A stretch of 64,000 nucleotides of DNA from a virus (IMGVR_UViG_3300029288_000145:1-64000), one strand, 5' to 3'; numbered from the stretch's first letter, positions 1 to 9,371 are shown. The notes: generated from the sequence alone by a model not told the origin. Made by a program: numbers and translations.

Positions 1-446
1 TAATACAACCGGTTTCCCTTCAGGTGCATGATGGGTGTTCCCATAACTTTGTAGGCCGGGAGGTTTTTTATTATTGCCATAGCTTCGGCATCCATAAGTG
101 AGAAGTCAACGGCATCAACGCTGTTGGTATCATCGGCATTTACCGGGTAAACCCTCCTTATGCTTAGATAGGTGGGTATAGAGTTTATTATTGATACCGG
201 CAGGACGGAATAATATTTGTCGTTTTCTTCGACAACATCAACGGTGTACGTTTTGAGTAGCGTGTCGAATACGTCAAAGTCCTGACTTTTTTTGAGCTTT
301 ATAAACAGTATAAGGCATACCTGTAGCAATACTTCATTTATAGTATTGGCAACAACTTCCGGGTGGTAGGCATCGAGATCGTCCTGGGACGGGTTGCCGC
401 CGGTTAGTTTGTGTATGACATCTTCAATATAGTCTATTTTTCTCAT
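1..446 (-). CDS. Virion structural protein, partial (runs off the left edge); ring/adaptor-like by position
   Basis: Translated by hand: ATG at 446 overlaps the TGA of 443..1195 (ATGA); frame MRKIDYIEDVIHKLTGGNPSQ... stays open to position 1. Confidence 0.6.
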   Translation of the reverse strand, partial: MRKIDYIEDVIHKLTGGNPSQDDLDAYHPEVVANTINEVLLQVCLILFIKLKKSQDFDVFDTLLKTYTVDVVEENDKYYSVLPVSIINSIPTYLSIRRVYPVNADDTNSVDAVDFSLMDAEAMAIIKNLPAYKVMGTPIMHLKGNRLY

Positions 447-1195
447 TTACTTTCCTTTTGCTGCATTATTTCCGCATATTGGAATAGTTGTGCGTTACTG
501 AGGTTTACACCCACCCTGGAGAGCATTTTGTTGGCTATACGGAGGTGTGTTCCCTCATACATGGATAGTTCCACTGTAAGCGATGTGAGTATGGTTCCCA
601 CAACCGTTTGTCCCTGGCTGCCAACTTCCCCGGCCAGTAGTTTATGTTTCTCACCTGTAGAGAGGAATATTTCAAGTCCACTCGAATTTATGTAGTAATC
701 ATATAACGGTGTTTCGGCCTTTTTTATGTACGTGAATTTTATTCCCCTCATATTTGCGGGATAAAACTCTATACTGTTTTGCCGTACCGTACATATCGGG
801 TACTTCATGGTCGGCATGGTGGCTCCCTGCTTGGTTATTCTTATGTCGTACTGGGACGTGGATATAAACGATATTGGTCGCCAGGAATATACCGGTGCCG
901 TATTTACTGTCCGGGCATACTTAAACCTGCATCCTACAAATCTGTAGTAGTCTGTGGGTAGTGTGGCTATGCCATCACTGTCAAGCTGGAGTCCGGGGTC
1001 GGGTATTACGGTTACATAGGGTTTTATTTCCTCGGTGATCTTTAAATCACGCTCATAGTTGGCAAGGATTTCGTCATACATTTCCTGCACCGCAACGGGC
1101 AATACAAGGTTGAATTTCTCCGGGTCATATGTTTTTCCCGAATTTTCTTTTGTTGATACAAACTGTATATAGTCGTATAACTTGCCTAGGTTCAT
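443..1195 (-). CDS. Putative head-tail ring/adaptor protein
   Basis: 250 aa in the structural operon; N-terminus (LYDYIQFVSTKENSGKTYDPEKFNL...ITEEIKPYV) recalls ring proteins of crAss-related Bacteroidota phages. Recognition only. Confidence 0.45.
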   Translation of the reverse strand: MNLGKLYDYIQFVSTKENSGKTYDPEKFNLVLPVAVQEMYDEILANYERDLKITEEIKPYVTVIPDPGLQLDSDGIATLPTDYYRFVGCRFKYARTVNTAPVYSWRPISFISTSQYDIRITKQGATMPTMKYPICTVRQNSIEFYPANMRGIKFTYIKKAETPLYDYYINSSGLEIFLSTGEKHKLLAGEVGSQGQTVVGTILTSLTVELSMYEGTHLRIANKMLSRVGVNLSNAQLFQYAEIMQQKESK

Positions 1196-1196
1196 G

Positions 1197-2363
1197 CTAT
1201 TCCTGTCTTACAAATGAGAGTGTTATAAGTACTTTCCCGCCAACTGTGCTTTTGTAACTTACAATTTGTAACTTTTCTGTAGATGCAAATTCGTTATAGG
1301 CAGATGGCGTTATTGTGTATTCAGTTCCAACAACTGTGCTGGGAGGAATTTTGTATATGCCGGCAACAAGTCCTGAACCTGTCATTAACTGATCAGAACC
1401 ATCCATGAATGTTATGTGTGCACTATCTGTGGCGGCTATTGCTTTTACTACAATAAGGTTTACTTTATATAGGGAGCATTTATAGGGTAAGGATATTTTG
1501 TAGTTGCCCTGTTCCCCGGTTTCAAAGCTCAGATTTATTGTTTGCATCTCCAAACGGAGGCCGGAATTTAACTCCGTCACCCTCACAGTACCATCTTCTA
1601 TGGCTATACTGTCAACGGCTGCTCGCTGGATAGTTGTAAGTCCAACGTTTGATACCGCAATATCCCCGGTTATACTTACCCCTACAGGACGGTTTGTGGC
1701 CGACCCGACATACATATATGTTGCCGTCAGGTTTGCCATCATAGCGGCAGTTACTTTTGTGGCTCCAATAGTTGTTACCCCGGCAGTAGATATTGTTACA
1801 TCGCCTGCTGGCACAACGGAGTTAAGATCATTGCCGTCTCCGATAAGTATCGCTCCACTTGTTGAGGCATCCAAATCTACTGGCCTGTTACTGGCATTAC
1901 CTACTTTTATATGGCCTCTGTCCATGTCGGTAAGGTATCTATTTCCTATATTTTTTACTATAATCCTGTTGCTGTCAATAAAATCACTTTCATTAAATCC
2001 CGGAAGTACTCTGACCTGCCAGGCGGCTCCATTGTAATAACAAAATATTAAAGATTTTACAAGTGCCTGCTCATCAGTAAGGCTGTATCCGAATATTGTA
2101 AGGTTATTGACGCCAAGCGTTAGTACTCCATTGTAAATAAATTCAACTATAGCTCCGGCATACGCCGTCCCAGTTGGTGTTACCGTCCAGGAACTTGCCA
2201 GGGTATAGGTGCCATAAAGATACCAGTAGTCAACATAGTTGGCCATAGGTATATTTAGCGTACCTCCTCCGGCAGTCAGTTCTTTTGATTTGACAATTTT
2301 ATACTGCTGACCACATAAGGCCAACGGTATAAGTAAGGCGAGAAATAAAAGGAATTTTTTCAT
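1197..2363 (-). CDS. Fibre-like virion protein with N-terminal signal-peptide-like sequence
   Basis: 388 aa; two imperfect internal repeats (VGNASNRPV...GDVTISTAGVTTI / VGSATNRPV...GDIAVSNVGLTTI); N-terminus MKKFLLFLALLIPLALCG-QQ. Confidence 0.55.
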   Translation of the reverse strand: MKKFLLFLALLIPLALCGQQYKIVKSKELTAGGGTLNIPMANYVDYWYLYGTYTLASSWTVTPTGTAYAGAIVEFIYNGVLTLGVNNLTIFGYSLTDEQALVKSLIFCYYNGAAWQVRVLPGFNESDFIDSNRIIVKNIGNRYLTDMDRGHIKVGNASNRPVDLDASTSGAILIGDGNDLNSVVPAGDVTISTAGVTTIGATKVTAAMMANLTATYMYVGSATNRPVGVSITGDIAVSNVGLTTIQRAAVDSIAIEDGTVRVTELNSGLRLEMQTINLSFETGEQGNYKISLPYKCSLYKVNLIVVKAIAATDSAHITFMDGSDQLMTGSGLVAGIYKIPPSTVVGTEYTITPSAYNEFASTEKLQIVSYKSTVGGKVLITLSFVRQE

Positions 2364-2365
2364 AT

Positions 2366-4264
2366 TTATTTTATTGTATGTGTTACTCTTAACTGATATG
2401 CAATAACATCGGCAACTCCACCGGCCAATGCTTTGTCAATATTGATATTTATTGCAAGCGGGTTGGCGAGTGTTTCTGTGGCTGATACATACCCAGGATA
2501 GTCAATTATCTTACTTCCCGATGGGAGGAGGTATTCTATGCCACTGTATATTTTCTGGTTGGTGGCATCTACCCTGACTATTCTTGCCCACCATTTTACG
2601 TATGTTCCAACCATGAATGGCGTGAGTCCGTCTGAGTATAGTAATATGCTTGCACCACTGCTGCCAAATATAATGGCCGTTCCATTTTCAAGTTCGATAG
2701 TGGCGGCAACGAGCAATAACGTTTCGACATATACCTCACTACCATCTGTGGCAAGTGTTCCCGCCGGCAGTGTGTAGGTTTTTATCGTTTGTGTGGATGC
2801 AGATGCAGCATTTTGTGTGGCCGTATTGTCGTTATACAGTATCTTGCTGGTAACGGCTGTTGAGCCTGCCGCACCGATTATGGTTAATTGATACACCCAG
2901 GAACCGGCAGTCTTTTTATAGACATACCCAAGGGTGGTGTTTATGTATGTGTCTCCGTTACTTCCCACTGAATTGCTTGGCGGCAGAGATGTTCCGTATA
3001 GTATCTGGGCACCCGTTACAGTTGAACTTGATGACGTTCCCCTGGTGGCATAGACACGGACACTTGTCGTACTTGTAGATTCACAGGTACACTGGGCATC
3101 ATTGATAATATCAACGATAAGATCACAATATTCCTGTTGTTTGGTGGTATTGCCACAGTTCTTTGCAGCATTATACAACTGCATATACATTTGAACAAGG
3201 CGTACCTTGTTGTCGAGCAGGTTGGCTTGTGTCGGGTTGGTTGTCCTTAATTCAGCGAACCGGACAAATAATGCTTCAATACAGTTGAATAGTTGACATT
3301 CACAATCATCACATACAACATTGCAGTCCTCATCGGCACTTATGATAGCGTTTAGGTACACATCACTGCCCAGACTCCATTGTACGGAGTTGGACATGAG
3401 TATTCTCCAGTGACGAGTCCATATTTCTGTTCCCACCCCACCATATACCTCCACAGCAGCGGCAGCGGCTCTTGTAATATCTGCCTGTACCGTTGGCGTG
3501 GTTGTTGGAGGACGGAAGATGTATGTGCGACTAGATGTTCCCACAAACGTACTACCATTTATGGTTATCGTATAGCTTGTGTTGTCTGTGGCCGTTATTT
3601 GTGAATATACACAACTGGCACTGACATCAACATCACTCGTTATGGGTGAGTATGAGACGTATAGGGTTTTCTTTAGTGTGGTATCAATAGTCGAACCGCC
3701 GGCACCATCCCATGTGTATTCTGTGTATGTATTAAGGGCGGTGAAGTTTCCATCAGCAACGGCAGATGGTATTGTTTCGTTTACGACAATATCTGTTGAG
3801 TTTATGGTATCCCAGGTTGCCGAGGCAACGGTATATCCCCGGTTGTTTGCGGTAGAACCTGCCACATAAAAAACATTATTACCGCCGGCCAGTGTTGCAA
3901 AGGCACCTGTTCCATCAACAACATTGAAGGTTTTTGTTGCCTGGGTAATAGTATTTATGGCGGCTGTGGTCGGATTGGAATATACCCTTACTTTGTATTC
4001 AAGGGTGTAAGACCCTCCAAGCATATAGTCATCCACGTCTATTGGTAGTGGAATATCAATTTTTGTGTCGGATATGGCGTTGTTGTAGGGTTGTATGTCA
4101 GGGGTTTTCCATGAGGTGTTGTTGTAAAAGACACCGTATCCGGTTAATGTGCATTTTAGCAGACCGAGAATGACTTTCTCATCAACGTATGTGGTTGTAT
4201 CTTGAATGTCTAATGATACAGGAGATTCATCAACGTTGAAATCTGCACGCCAAGTATATGCCAT
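2366..4264 (-). CDS. Tail/virion structural protein
   Basis: 632 aa, Thr/Gly beta-rich domains, a Cys-rich helical middle (CDDCECQLFNC...CTC) and the fibre-type motif PSNSVGSNGDTYINTTLGYVYKKTAGSW. Confidence 0.55.
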   Translation of the reverse strand: MAYTWRADFNVDESPVSLDIQDTTTYVDEKVILGLLKCTLTGYGVFYNNTSWKTPDIQPYNNAISDTKIDIPLPIDVDDYMLGGSYTLEYKVRVYSNPTTAAINTITQATKTFNVVDGTGAFATLAGGNNVFYVAGSTANNRGYTVASATWDTINSTDIVVNETIPSAVADGNFTALNTYTEYTWDGAGGSTIDTTLKKTLYVSYSPITSDVDVSASCVYSQITATDNTSYTITINGSTFVGTSSRTYIFRPPTTTPTVQADITRAAAAAVEVYGGVGTEIWTRHWRILMSNSVQWSLGSDVYLNAIISADEDCNVVCDDCECQLFNCIEALFVRFAELRTTNPTQANLLDNKVRLVQMYMQLYNAAKNCGNTTKQQEYCDLIVDIINDAQCTCESTSTTSVRVYATRGTSSSSTVTGAQILYGTSLPPSNSVGSNGDTYINTTLGYVYKKTAGSWVYQLTIIGAAGSTAVTSKILYNDNTATQNAASASTQTIKTYTLPAGTLATDGSEVYVETLLLVAATIELENGTAIIFGSSGASILLYSDGLTPFMVGTYVKWWARIVRVDATNQKIYSGIEYLLPSGSKIIDYPGYVSATETLANPLAININIDKALAGGVADVIAYQLRVTHTIK

Positions 4265-4293
4265 GTTAAAGTATTAAGGGTTTTTAACTATGG

Positions 4294-4324
4294 CAAATTT
4301 ACTTATATAATCTTTAAATTCAAA
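4294..4324 (-). promoter_or_regulatory. Bacteroidota sigma70 promoter, structural-gene class
   Basis: Minus strand TTTG-N19-TAAATTTG, 30 nt before ATG 4264. Confidence 0.75.
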
Positions 4325-4340
4325 ATTGAGGTAATACAAA

Positions 4341-4535
4341 CTACTTTTCATAATTTTTACAAACAAAATAATCCAATGTAGTGTAATACTTTTGCATTAC
4401 CATACCCGTTTTTAGGTTTACGATTACACTTCCATAGACATATAGTTTACCGCAAGTTCCCGTATGTTTTGTTTTCTTCTGATAATGTTTACAGGTTCTA
4501 CAACAACTTACTTGTGTAATAAAATTTTCTGTCAT
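4341..4535 (-). CDS. Small Cys-rich hypothetical protein
   Basis: 64 aa with CxxCxH..C..C spacing; co-oriented with neighbours. Confidence 0.5.
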   Translation of the reverse strand: MTENFITQVSCCRTCKHYQKKTKHTGTCGKLYVYGSVIVNLKTGMVMQKYYTTLDYFVCKNYEK

Positions 4536-4549
4536 ATATTTATTTTTGG

Positions 4550-4891
4550 TTATTCACCCTTTCTTAATTTGCCTATCGTTTTACCTTTATACACTACTCG
4601 TTTACCACGTATTTTATAGCCAGGAAATTTTTCCCTTTGCTTTTGTTTCTTCTTTTTCCGAGGCTTTTCTAATCCGTGTTGTTTCCGGTGACAATCCCTG
4701 CAAAGAGTAATTAAAAATATATCCGGTACATCTAAAACACCATTCAGATAATGTATATGATGTACCTGTAATTGTTTTTTTGATCCGCACCGTTGGCATT
4801 TGAAAGAGTCTCTTTTGAGAATTCTCAGCCTTATTTCGTGCCATTCTTTTGTATAGTATTGCTGATTGAATTCTTCTTTGGATAGTTGCAT
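4550..4891 (-). CDS. HNH endonuclease
   Basis: WxxIRLRILKRDxFxCQxCG..LQVHH..Y...LITLCxDCH; paralogue of 15940..16308. Confidence 0.85.
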   Translation of the reverse strand: MQLSKEEFNQQYYTKEWHEIRLRILKRDSFKCQRCGSKKQLQVHHIHYLNGVLDVPDIFLITLCRDCHRKQHGLEKPRKKKKQKQREKFPGYKIRGKRVVYKGKTIGKLRKGE

Positions 4892-4982
4892 GACTTAAAA
4901 ATGATATGAATAAAAAGCGGGGGAATAGCGAAGTTTTGACAAACATATTTTTGTTTTTCAAAATTTAGGCAATTAAATCGGA

Positions 4983-5246
4983 TTACTCAATTACATATTC
5001 CATTATTCCATCATAGGGGGTGGTGGAAATACGTCCGGTGTAACCTAGGCTTTTAAGAAATTGAATCAAATCTTTATCCGCCTCTTCCCTTGAACTATAT
5101 TTGTGAGAAGCGAATGGCTGTCCGTCTATTTCGATTACGGAACGATATTCCCCAACATTATCTTTATAAGTTAGTGCTATGTTGGTAAACGACCTCAACC
5201 GTTTATCATCTTTGAGACCCAATAACTGTTTTAATAAATTTTTCAT
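4983..5246 (-). CDS. Hypothetical protein
   Basis: 87 aa ORF with A-rich leader, in operon. Confidence 0.6.
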   Translation of the reverse strand: MKNLLKQLLGLKDDKRLRSFTNIALTYKDNVGEYRSVIEIDGQPFASHKYSSREEADKDLIQFLKSLGYTGRISTTPYDGIMEYVIE

Positions 5247-5256
5247 ATTGTTGTTG

Positions 5257-5877
5257 TTATGCTTTTATTTTTCTCACCATCTGGCGAACCTCGCCAACGG
5301 CAATATCCAGTTTCTCACGCAACCGATCAAGCACCTCATCGTCACGCTCTACACGGACAAGTATAGGCTTTAGTTTCGGCGATGAATACCCTACAAAGTC
5401 AACAAAATCCCATCCGGTGCATAACATCTGACCATGTACCTGCCAGAAATAAATTCCGGGAAGTTTCTGCGTTTCAAGGTATTCGTTATAGACAAAGAAT
5501 GACGGGCATTTAATTTCAATACCACCATTTTTGCCGACAATTTTACCATCCGGGGAGGCTCCAACGTATTTGTTGTACTCCCAGAAGCCTCCATTTTCAA
5601 TATCTTCAAAGGTATGATTCTGGTAGTATTCCCTGGCATATGGTTCTCTCTCATGACCTCGTGCCATCCACTTGTTTGAGTAACCTTCCTCAGACTCTCC
5701 GGTAACAATTTCGTATGCGACTCTTATTATCGCCTTTTTGTACGTAAGTGTTGATGGTGCAGAGAACAGATCGCCGAACATGCTGGCGGTGAATTTTCCC
5801 AGACGAAGGGCATCCCACTCCTCACTGTTCTGGTCAATGTTGTGGAAACAGGGGTACTTACTCTTTTGGACTGGCAT
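5257..5877 (-). CDS. YqaJ-like (lambda-exonuclease family) viral recombinase nuclease
   Basis: QNSEEWDALRLGKFTAS, MARGHEREP, GASPDG, IEIKCP, YFWQVHGQM motifs. Confidence 0.9.
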   Translation of the reverse strand: MPVQKSKYPCFHNIDQNSEEWDALRLGKFTASMFGDLFSAPSTLTYKKAIIRVAYEIVTGESEEGYSNKWMARGHEREPYAREYYQNHTFEDIENGGFWEYNKYVGASPDGKIVGKNGGIEIKCPSFFVYNEYLETQKLPGIYFWQVHGQMLCTGWDFVDFVGYSSPKLKPILVRVERDDEVLDRLREKLDIAVGEVRQMVRKIKA

Positions 5878-6346
5878 TGCTTAACAGTTTGATGTTCTCC
5901 TCGGTAAGTCGGTACTTGTCGGTTATTTTGGCGATACCGCCACCACCTTCCATAAACTTAATGGCGTTTTTCCATGTGGCATTTCCTGGTTTAAGTTCGG
6001 GCTTTTCCATAGACGGCTGTTGTTCACGTAGCCGGAGTCCCTCGGTAACATCACCAAATGCCTTTACATCATCTTTCACGTATATCTGTACGGCAACGTT
6101 TTTCCAGTCCTCAATGTAGGCACTCTTCGTGAATTTCTTCATGATCTTACAGTTGGTGACGTTGAGTATCATTGGTTTTATTGCCGGGTCGGTAAATACC
6201 GCCACATTTCGTGGTTCGATTTTTCCCTGTTTGTTGTCAATTTCACGAACCTCCACCAGTTTAATGATGGCCTTCAGGTCTCCTTCAAGATCACAGGCAC
6301 CCAGATAGTCCGAGTTGAATACTTTTTTGTAATGCGTTTTTGTCAT
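5858..6346 (-). CDS. Putative ssDNA-annealing/recombination partner of the YqaJ nuclease
   Basis: Likely start MTKTHYKK at 6346 (track start 6376); THYKK..SDYLGA, KPMILNVTNCK, YIEDW motifs; coupled directly upstream of the exonuclease. Confidence 0.55.
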   Translation of the reverse strand: MTKTHYKKVFNSDYLGACDLEGDLKAIIKLVEVREIDNKQGKIEPRNVAVFTDPAIKPMILNVTNCKIMKKFTKSAYIEDWKNVAVQIYVKDDVKAFGDVTEGLRLREQQPSMEKPELKPGNATWKNAIKFMEGGGGIAKITDKYRLTEENIKLLSNASPKE

Positions 6347-6357
6347 GATTTTTTCCT

Positions 6358-6907
6358 TTATTTTTTCTTTATCCATAATTTCGGCATATGCCCGTCCTTA
6401 GACCGGACATCGAATATGGCGTGCCACTGGTCGGTTATGGTGACAAACTCCACATCCATATTGTTCTCGACAAACTGGGAGCCATAAGTAAACAGCTTTG
6501 ATACCCCGGCAGATGTTGTGTATGATAGTCTGGCATAGTCCTCGTCAAAAATAACGAGTTCTACAGACTTTAATCCCTCCTGTCCTATAAAGGATATGAG
6601 TTTAGCCTTAATTGTTCGTTTGGTTGATTTTGCCATAAATGTATGTTATTAGTTTGTCGTTTACTTTTATAAATATTACCGGCTTGTCCTGGAAGAATGG
6701 AAAGCATGACTCCAGTTTTTGTTCACGCCCATCTTCACGTATATCAGCCCTTATTGTTGTTTGCGATATTCCTGATAGTTCTTCAAGTTGTGTTACCGTC
6801 ATGCAGTTATACATGAGATATTTCCTTACTGAGAAAATATCCTTGCCGGTAATTTCCGACAACCTTCTCAGGTGTTCTTCTGGTATGGTTATCGTTTTTA
6901 CTATCAT
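6358..6907 (-). other. Two small hypothetical CDS (6358..6636; 6608..6907, possibly HTH)
   Basis: Overlapping co-oriented ORFs behind the promoter at 6912-6956; second has VTQLEELSGISQTTIRADI (HTH-like). Confidence 0.55.
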
Positions 6908-6911
6908 GGTT

Positions 6912-6956
6912 CAAAATTACAAATATGAGATTGTTTTTCCAAATTTATTTTAAAAT
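6912..6956 (-). promoter_or_regulatory. Promoter, extended class (ATTTTAAAATAAA-TTTG-G)
   Basis: ATTTTAAAATAAATTTGG, N20 spacer, TAATTTTG. Confidence 0.7.
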
Positions 6957-6970
6957 TGTTTTATGTGGTT

Positions 6971-7052
6971 ATTTTTAATTAGACTAAATAACGGGATGTT
7001 GGTCATAATCAGCTTTCTATATTTAGAAGGTGAACATACCAGCTAGTTATAG
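6971..7052 (+). repeat. attI-like recombination site, copy 1
   Basis: ATTTTTAATTAGACTAAATA..ATTTAGAAGGTGAACATACCAGCTAG|TT; gapless alignment with copies at 11557, 31023 (minus) and 45566 (minus). Confidence 0.75.
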
Positions 7053-8072
7053 CCAACCTTAAAAAACCTCGCAGCTTTCGACACAACCATTGGAAATGTC
7101 GAGTTCGCATAAGTCAAATAAAGAGGCTTGTTTGTATTCAGGCTTGTATTGGCTTTCATCAACTGCAACTTCAAAAGGTTGCTTCGCCATTTTTACAATA
7201 TCCCAAATACTTTTATTTTGTCTAAAGCAATTAATAGGCGGTTTCATTAATGGGTTGTGGCTTTTAGAGATAGGTATAAAAGCACTGTATTTTTGTTCCA
7301 TTTCAGCCCACCAGTTAATAGTTTCAGGAGTTTCATTTACTATTGTCATTAGCTTTCTAAATGATTTTTTAAAGCATAAATCACAATTCCCCTCGTATGT
7401 TTTAAGTTCCAAATCAAAAGGCTGTTCACTCCAAAATTTATTAATGTCATTTTTTCGGGTTGGAATATCAGAAACCAATGGATAAACAAACCTTTGTTTT
7501 TTCGCATCTGGCGCAACCCTATCAATTTCATCTATTCTAATCCCAATTGCAGTAAACCAATGTTTCCAGCCAATAGAACGGGCATAAGCCTGTATTGTGT
7601 ATTTTTTTAATTCTCGTGTGCAATGGGGGCTTTTTACACTTGGCATTCCGTGTTTAGCAATCATCGCTTCAAAAGGTTCACCGTTTCGGCTTGCTGTTTT
7701 GTAATCAACAATCTTGGCTCTAACTCCTTTTCTGTGTTCAGGATTGGTAATTGCTTCAACCCAAACACAATTAAAGCCAAAGTATTTATCGCACCGTTCA
7801 ACAAAATCCAATGTTTCATTTCTTTCTTTACCTGTATTGGCAAAAACAACAATAATATTGTATTTATATTTCCAATTGTCAATTATCCATTTAGTCATAA
7901 AAGCCGATGTCCTACCACCAGAAAATGAGATTAGTAACAAAGGCAGGCTATAACACGTGCTATATGCCAGTTGGGTTTTATCGGTATTTGAATATTTCTG
8001 CATCTAATTTAGTTTAAGTGTAATTTGATAGGGCGGTGCGCTGTAATCCCAACCGGACACATAGCACCATCG
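7047..8072 (+). mobile_element. Integron-like gene cassette 1 (1026 bp), cargo PAPS-reductase-family gene on the opposite strand
   Basis: Begins G|TTATAGCCAACCTT, ends with attC-like site whose inverse core AAGGCAGGCTATAAC is complementary at 13/15 positions. Confidence 0.7.
7059..8003 (-). CDS. Phosphoadenosine phosphosulfate (PAPS) reductase family protein
   Basis: SFSGGRTSAFM PP-loop, VFANTGKE, HCTRELK, GIRIDE, GNCDLCFKK, C-terminal CxxSCE. Confidence 0.85.
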   Translation of the reverse strand: MQKYSNTDKTQLAYSTCYSLPLLLISFSGGRTSAFMTKWIIDNWKYKYNIIVVFANTGKERNETLDFVERCDKYFGFNCVWVEAITNPEHRKGVRAKIVDYKTASRNGEPFEAMIAKHGMPSVKSPHCTRELKKYTIQAYARSIGWKHWFTAIGIRIDEIDRVAPDAKKQRFVYPLVSDIPTRKNDINKFWSEQPFDLELKTYEGNCDLCFKKSFRKLMTIVNETPETINWWAEMEQKYSAFIPISKSHNPLMKPPINCFRQNKSIWDIVKMAKQPFEVAVDESQYKPEYKQASLFDLCELDISNGCVESCEVF

Positions 8073-8078
8073 TTATTC
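7948..8078 (+). repeat. attC-like hairpin 1 (131 bp)
   Basis: CTATAAC-ac-GTGCTATATGCCAGTTGGG ... CCCAACCGGACACATAGCAC-catc-GTTATTC. Confidence 0.7.
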
Positions 8079-8783
8079 CACCACCTCCCATTCGTTAATA
8101 TTATCCGGAACAGCAGTCCAAAACATAGGATATATTCGCTGACTCTTTAAATCGGTCTTGACAAAAAAATCTCCCATAACCCAGCCCTGTAAATAGACGG
8201 GAATATTTTTTATTCCATACTTGGGTAAACTTGATGCACCATATATCGCCTTGGGTAGTTTTACCTTTATCTTTTGTAAATTAGCATCCTTTGGCAAGTC
8301 TTTGATTTTTTTCATGATTTTAACTTATTATTACTTGTAATATTGCTATATTTGCTTGTTTTCAAAATACTTCCCAAAAAGTTGTTCAAAAATAATTGCC
8401 TTATTTTTCATTTCAGCAACCTCCTGTTCTTTTTTCAAAATCTCTTTTTGGAACTGCTCCAATATAGTAGATTTTTTTAAAGGAATATCCCACTCGTTTA
8501 GGTTTGTAATTTCAATTCCTTCTGAGGCTGAATTGTAGTAGGCAAATTCAATACTTGCCGAACTATATTCGCTTTTTAAATAAGCAATAACAACTGTGGG
8601 TCTTTCCTTATAATTATCAAACCCAATTATATTTCCGATGTAACTTCTGTATTCATTGTACTCTTTTTTAAGTATTTTCACATAATCACCTACTTTGTAA
8701 TTATCAATTACTTTTGCGGTTCTAAGGTCAATTTCCATTTTAATGCCATTAACCTCAATAATTCTTTTGTTTTCTGTTTCCAT
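8073..8783 (-). other. Two hypothetical CDS (8073..8315; 8346..8783)
   Basis: Co-oriented ORFs; the TAA stop of 8073..8315 lies inside the GTTA crossover of attC-like 1. Confidence 0.6.
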
Positions 8784-8795
8784 TTTTTTTTAATT

Positions 8796-9242
8796 TTAGT
8801 TTATCATTTCAATTAATTGTTTTACCAATTCCTCCTGCCGGCGTAACATTTCCCGGTGTTGTTCGATCAATAATTTAAAATCCTGGATAGCACCCCTTAT
8901 TTCTTCCTGGGACTTCTCCTTGCGTATAGATTTCCCATAAGAAATTAACTCCTTCATCATTTCTCCGTACTCACTCCTGAAATCGTAATTTACTTCCCAC
9001 ATATTCCCTCCCTCAGAGAGCCAGTTGATTACCGTTGTGTGATCATATATTCTTTCACGTCCCCTGGCAAGAACACGCCCTATTTCTGATTTCGATATTC
9101 CAAAGCGGTTTAGCACTATGGCAACAACCCACTTGAATTTCATGATGGCTCCCCTCCGGGTATATACCTTCAGGTCTGTTTGTTTTATTTCCAGAGCCTT
9201 GTCTAATATAGCGTTGGCAAATTCAGCGTCTTTATTACTCAT
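8796..9242 (-). CDS. DnaA domain-IV-like HTH protein with coiled-coil tail
   Basis: RRGAIM..KWVVAIVL..FGISKSEIGRVL....DHTTVI resembles the DnaA C-terminal DNA-binding signature (DHTTV). Confidence 0.6.
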   Translation of the reverse strand: MSNKDAEFANAILDKALEIKQTDLKVYTRRGAIMKFKWVVAIVLNRFGISKSEIGRVLARGRERIYDHTTVINWLSEGGNMWEVNYDFRSEYGEMMKELISYGKSIRKEKSQEEIRGAIQDFKLLIEQHREMLRRQEELVKQLIEMIN

Positions 9243-9371
9243 TTTATTCCCTGTATTATTATCGTATCAAATGGCATCATATCGGAGTTTCCCGCCTGGG
9301 TGCAGTAATGTTCACGGCAGACTTTTATCAGTCCTCCTATAGTATCTTCTTCTGTGACAGGGATGGGTATT

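Noticed and set aside
8073-8345. Second-tier cassettes beyond each attC-like site (multi-cassette arrays)
   Set aside because: No matching inverse core or hairpin was found upstream of the resident genes at 8073, 12367, 30253 or 44963, so only single cassettes are supported.
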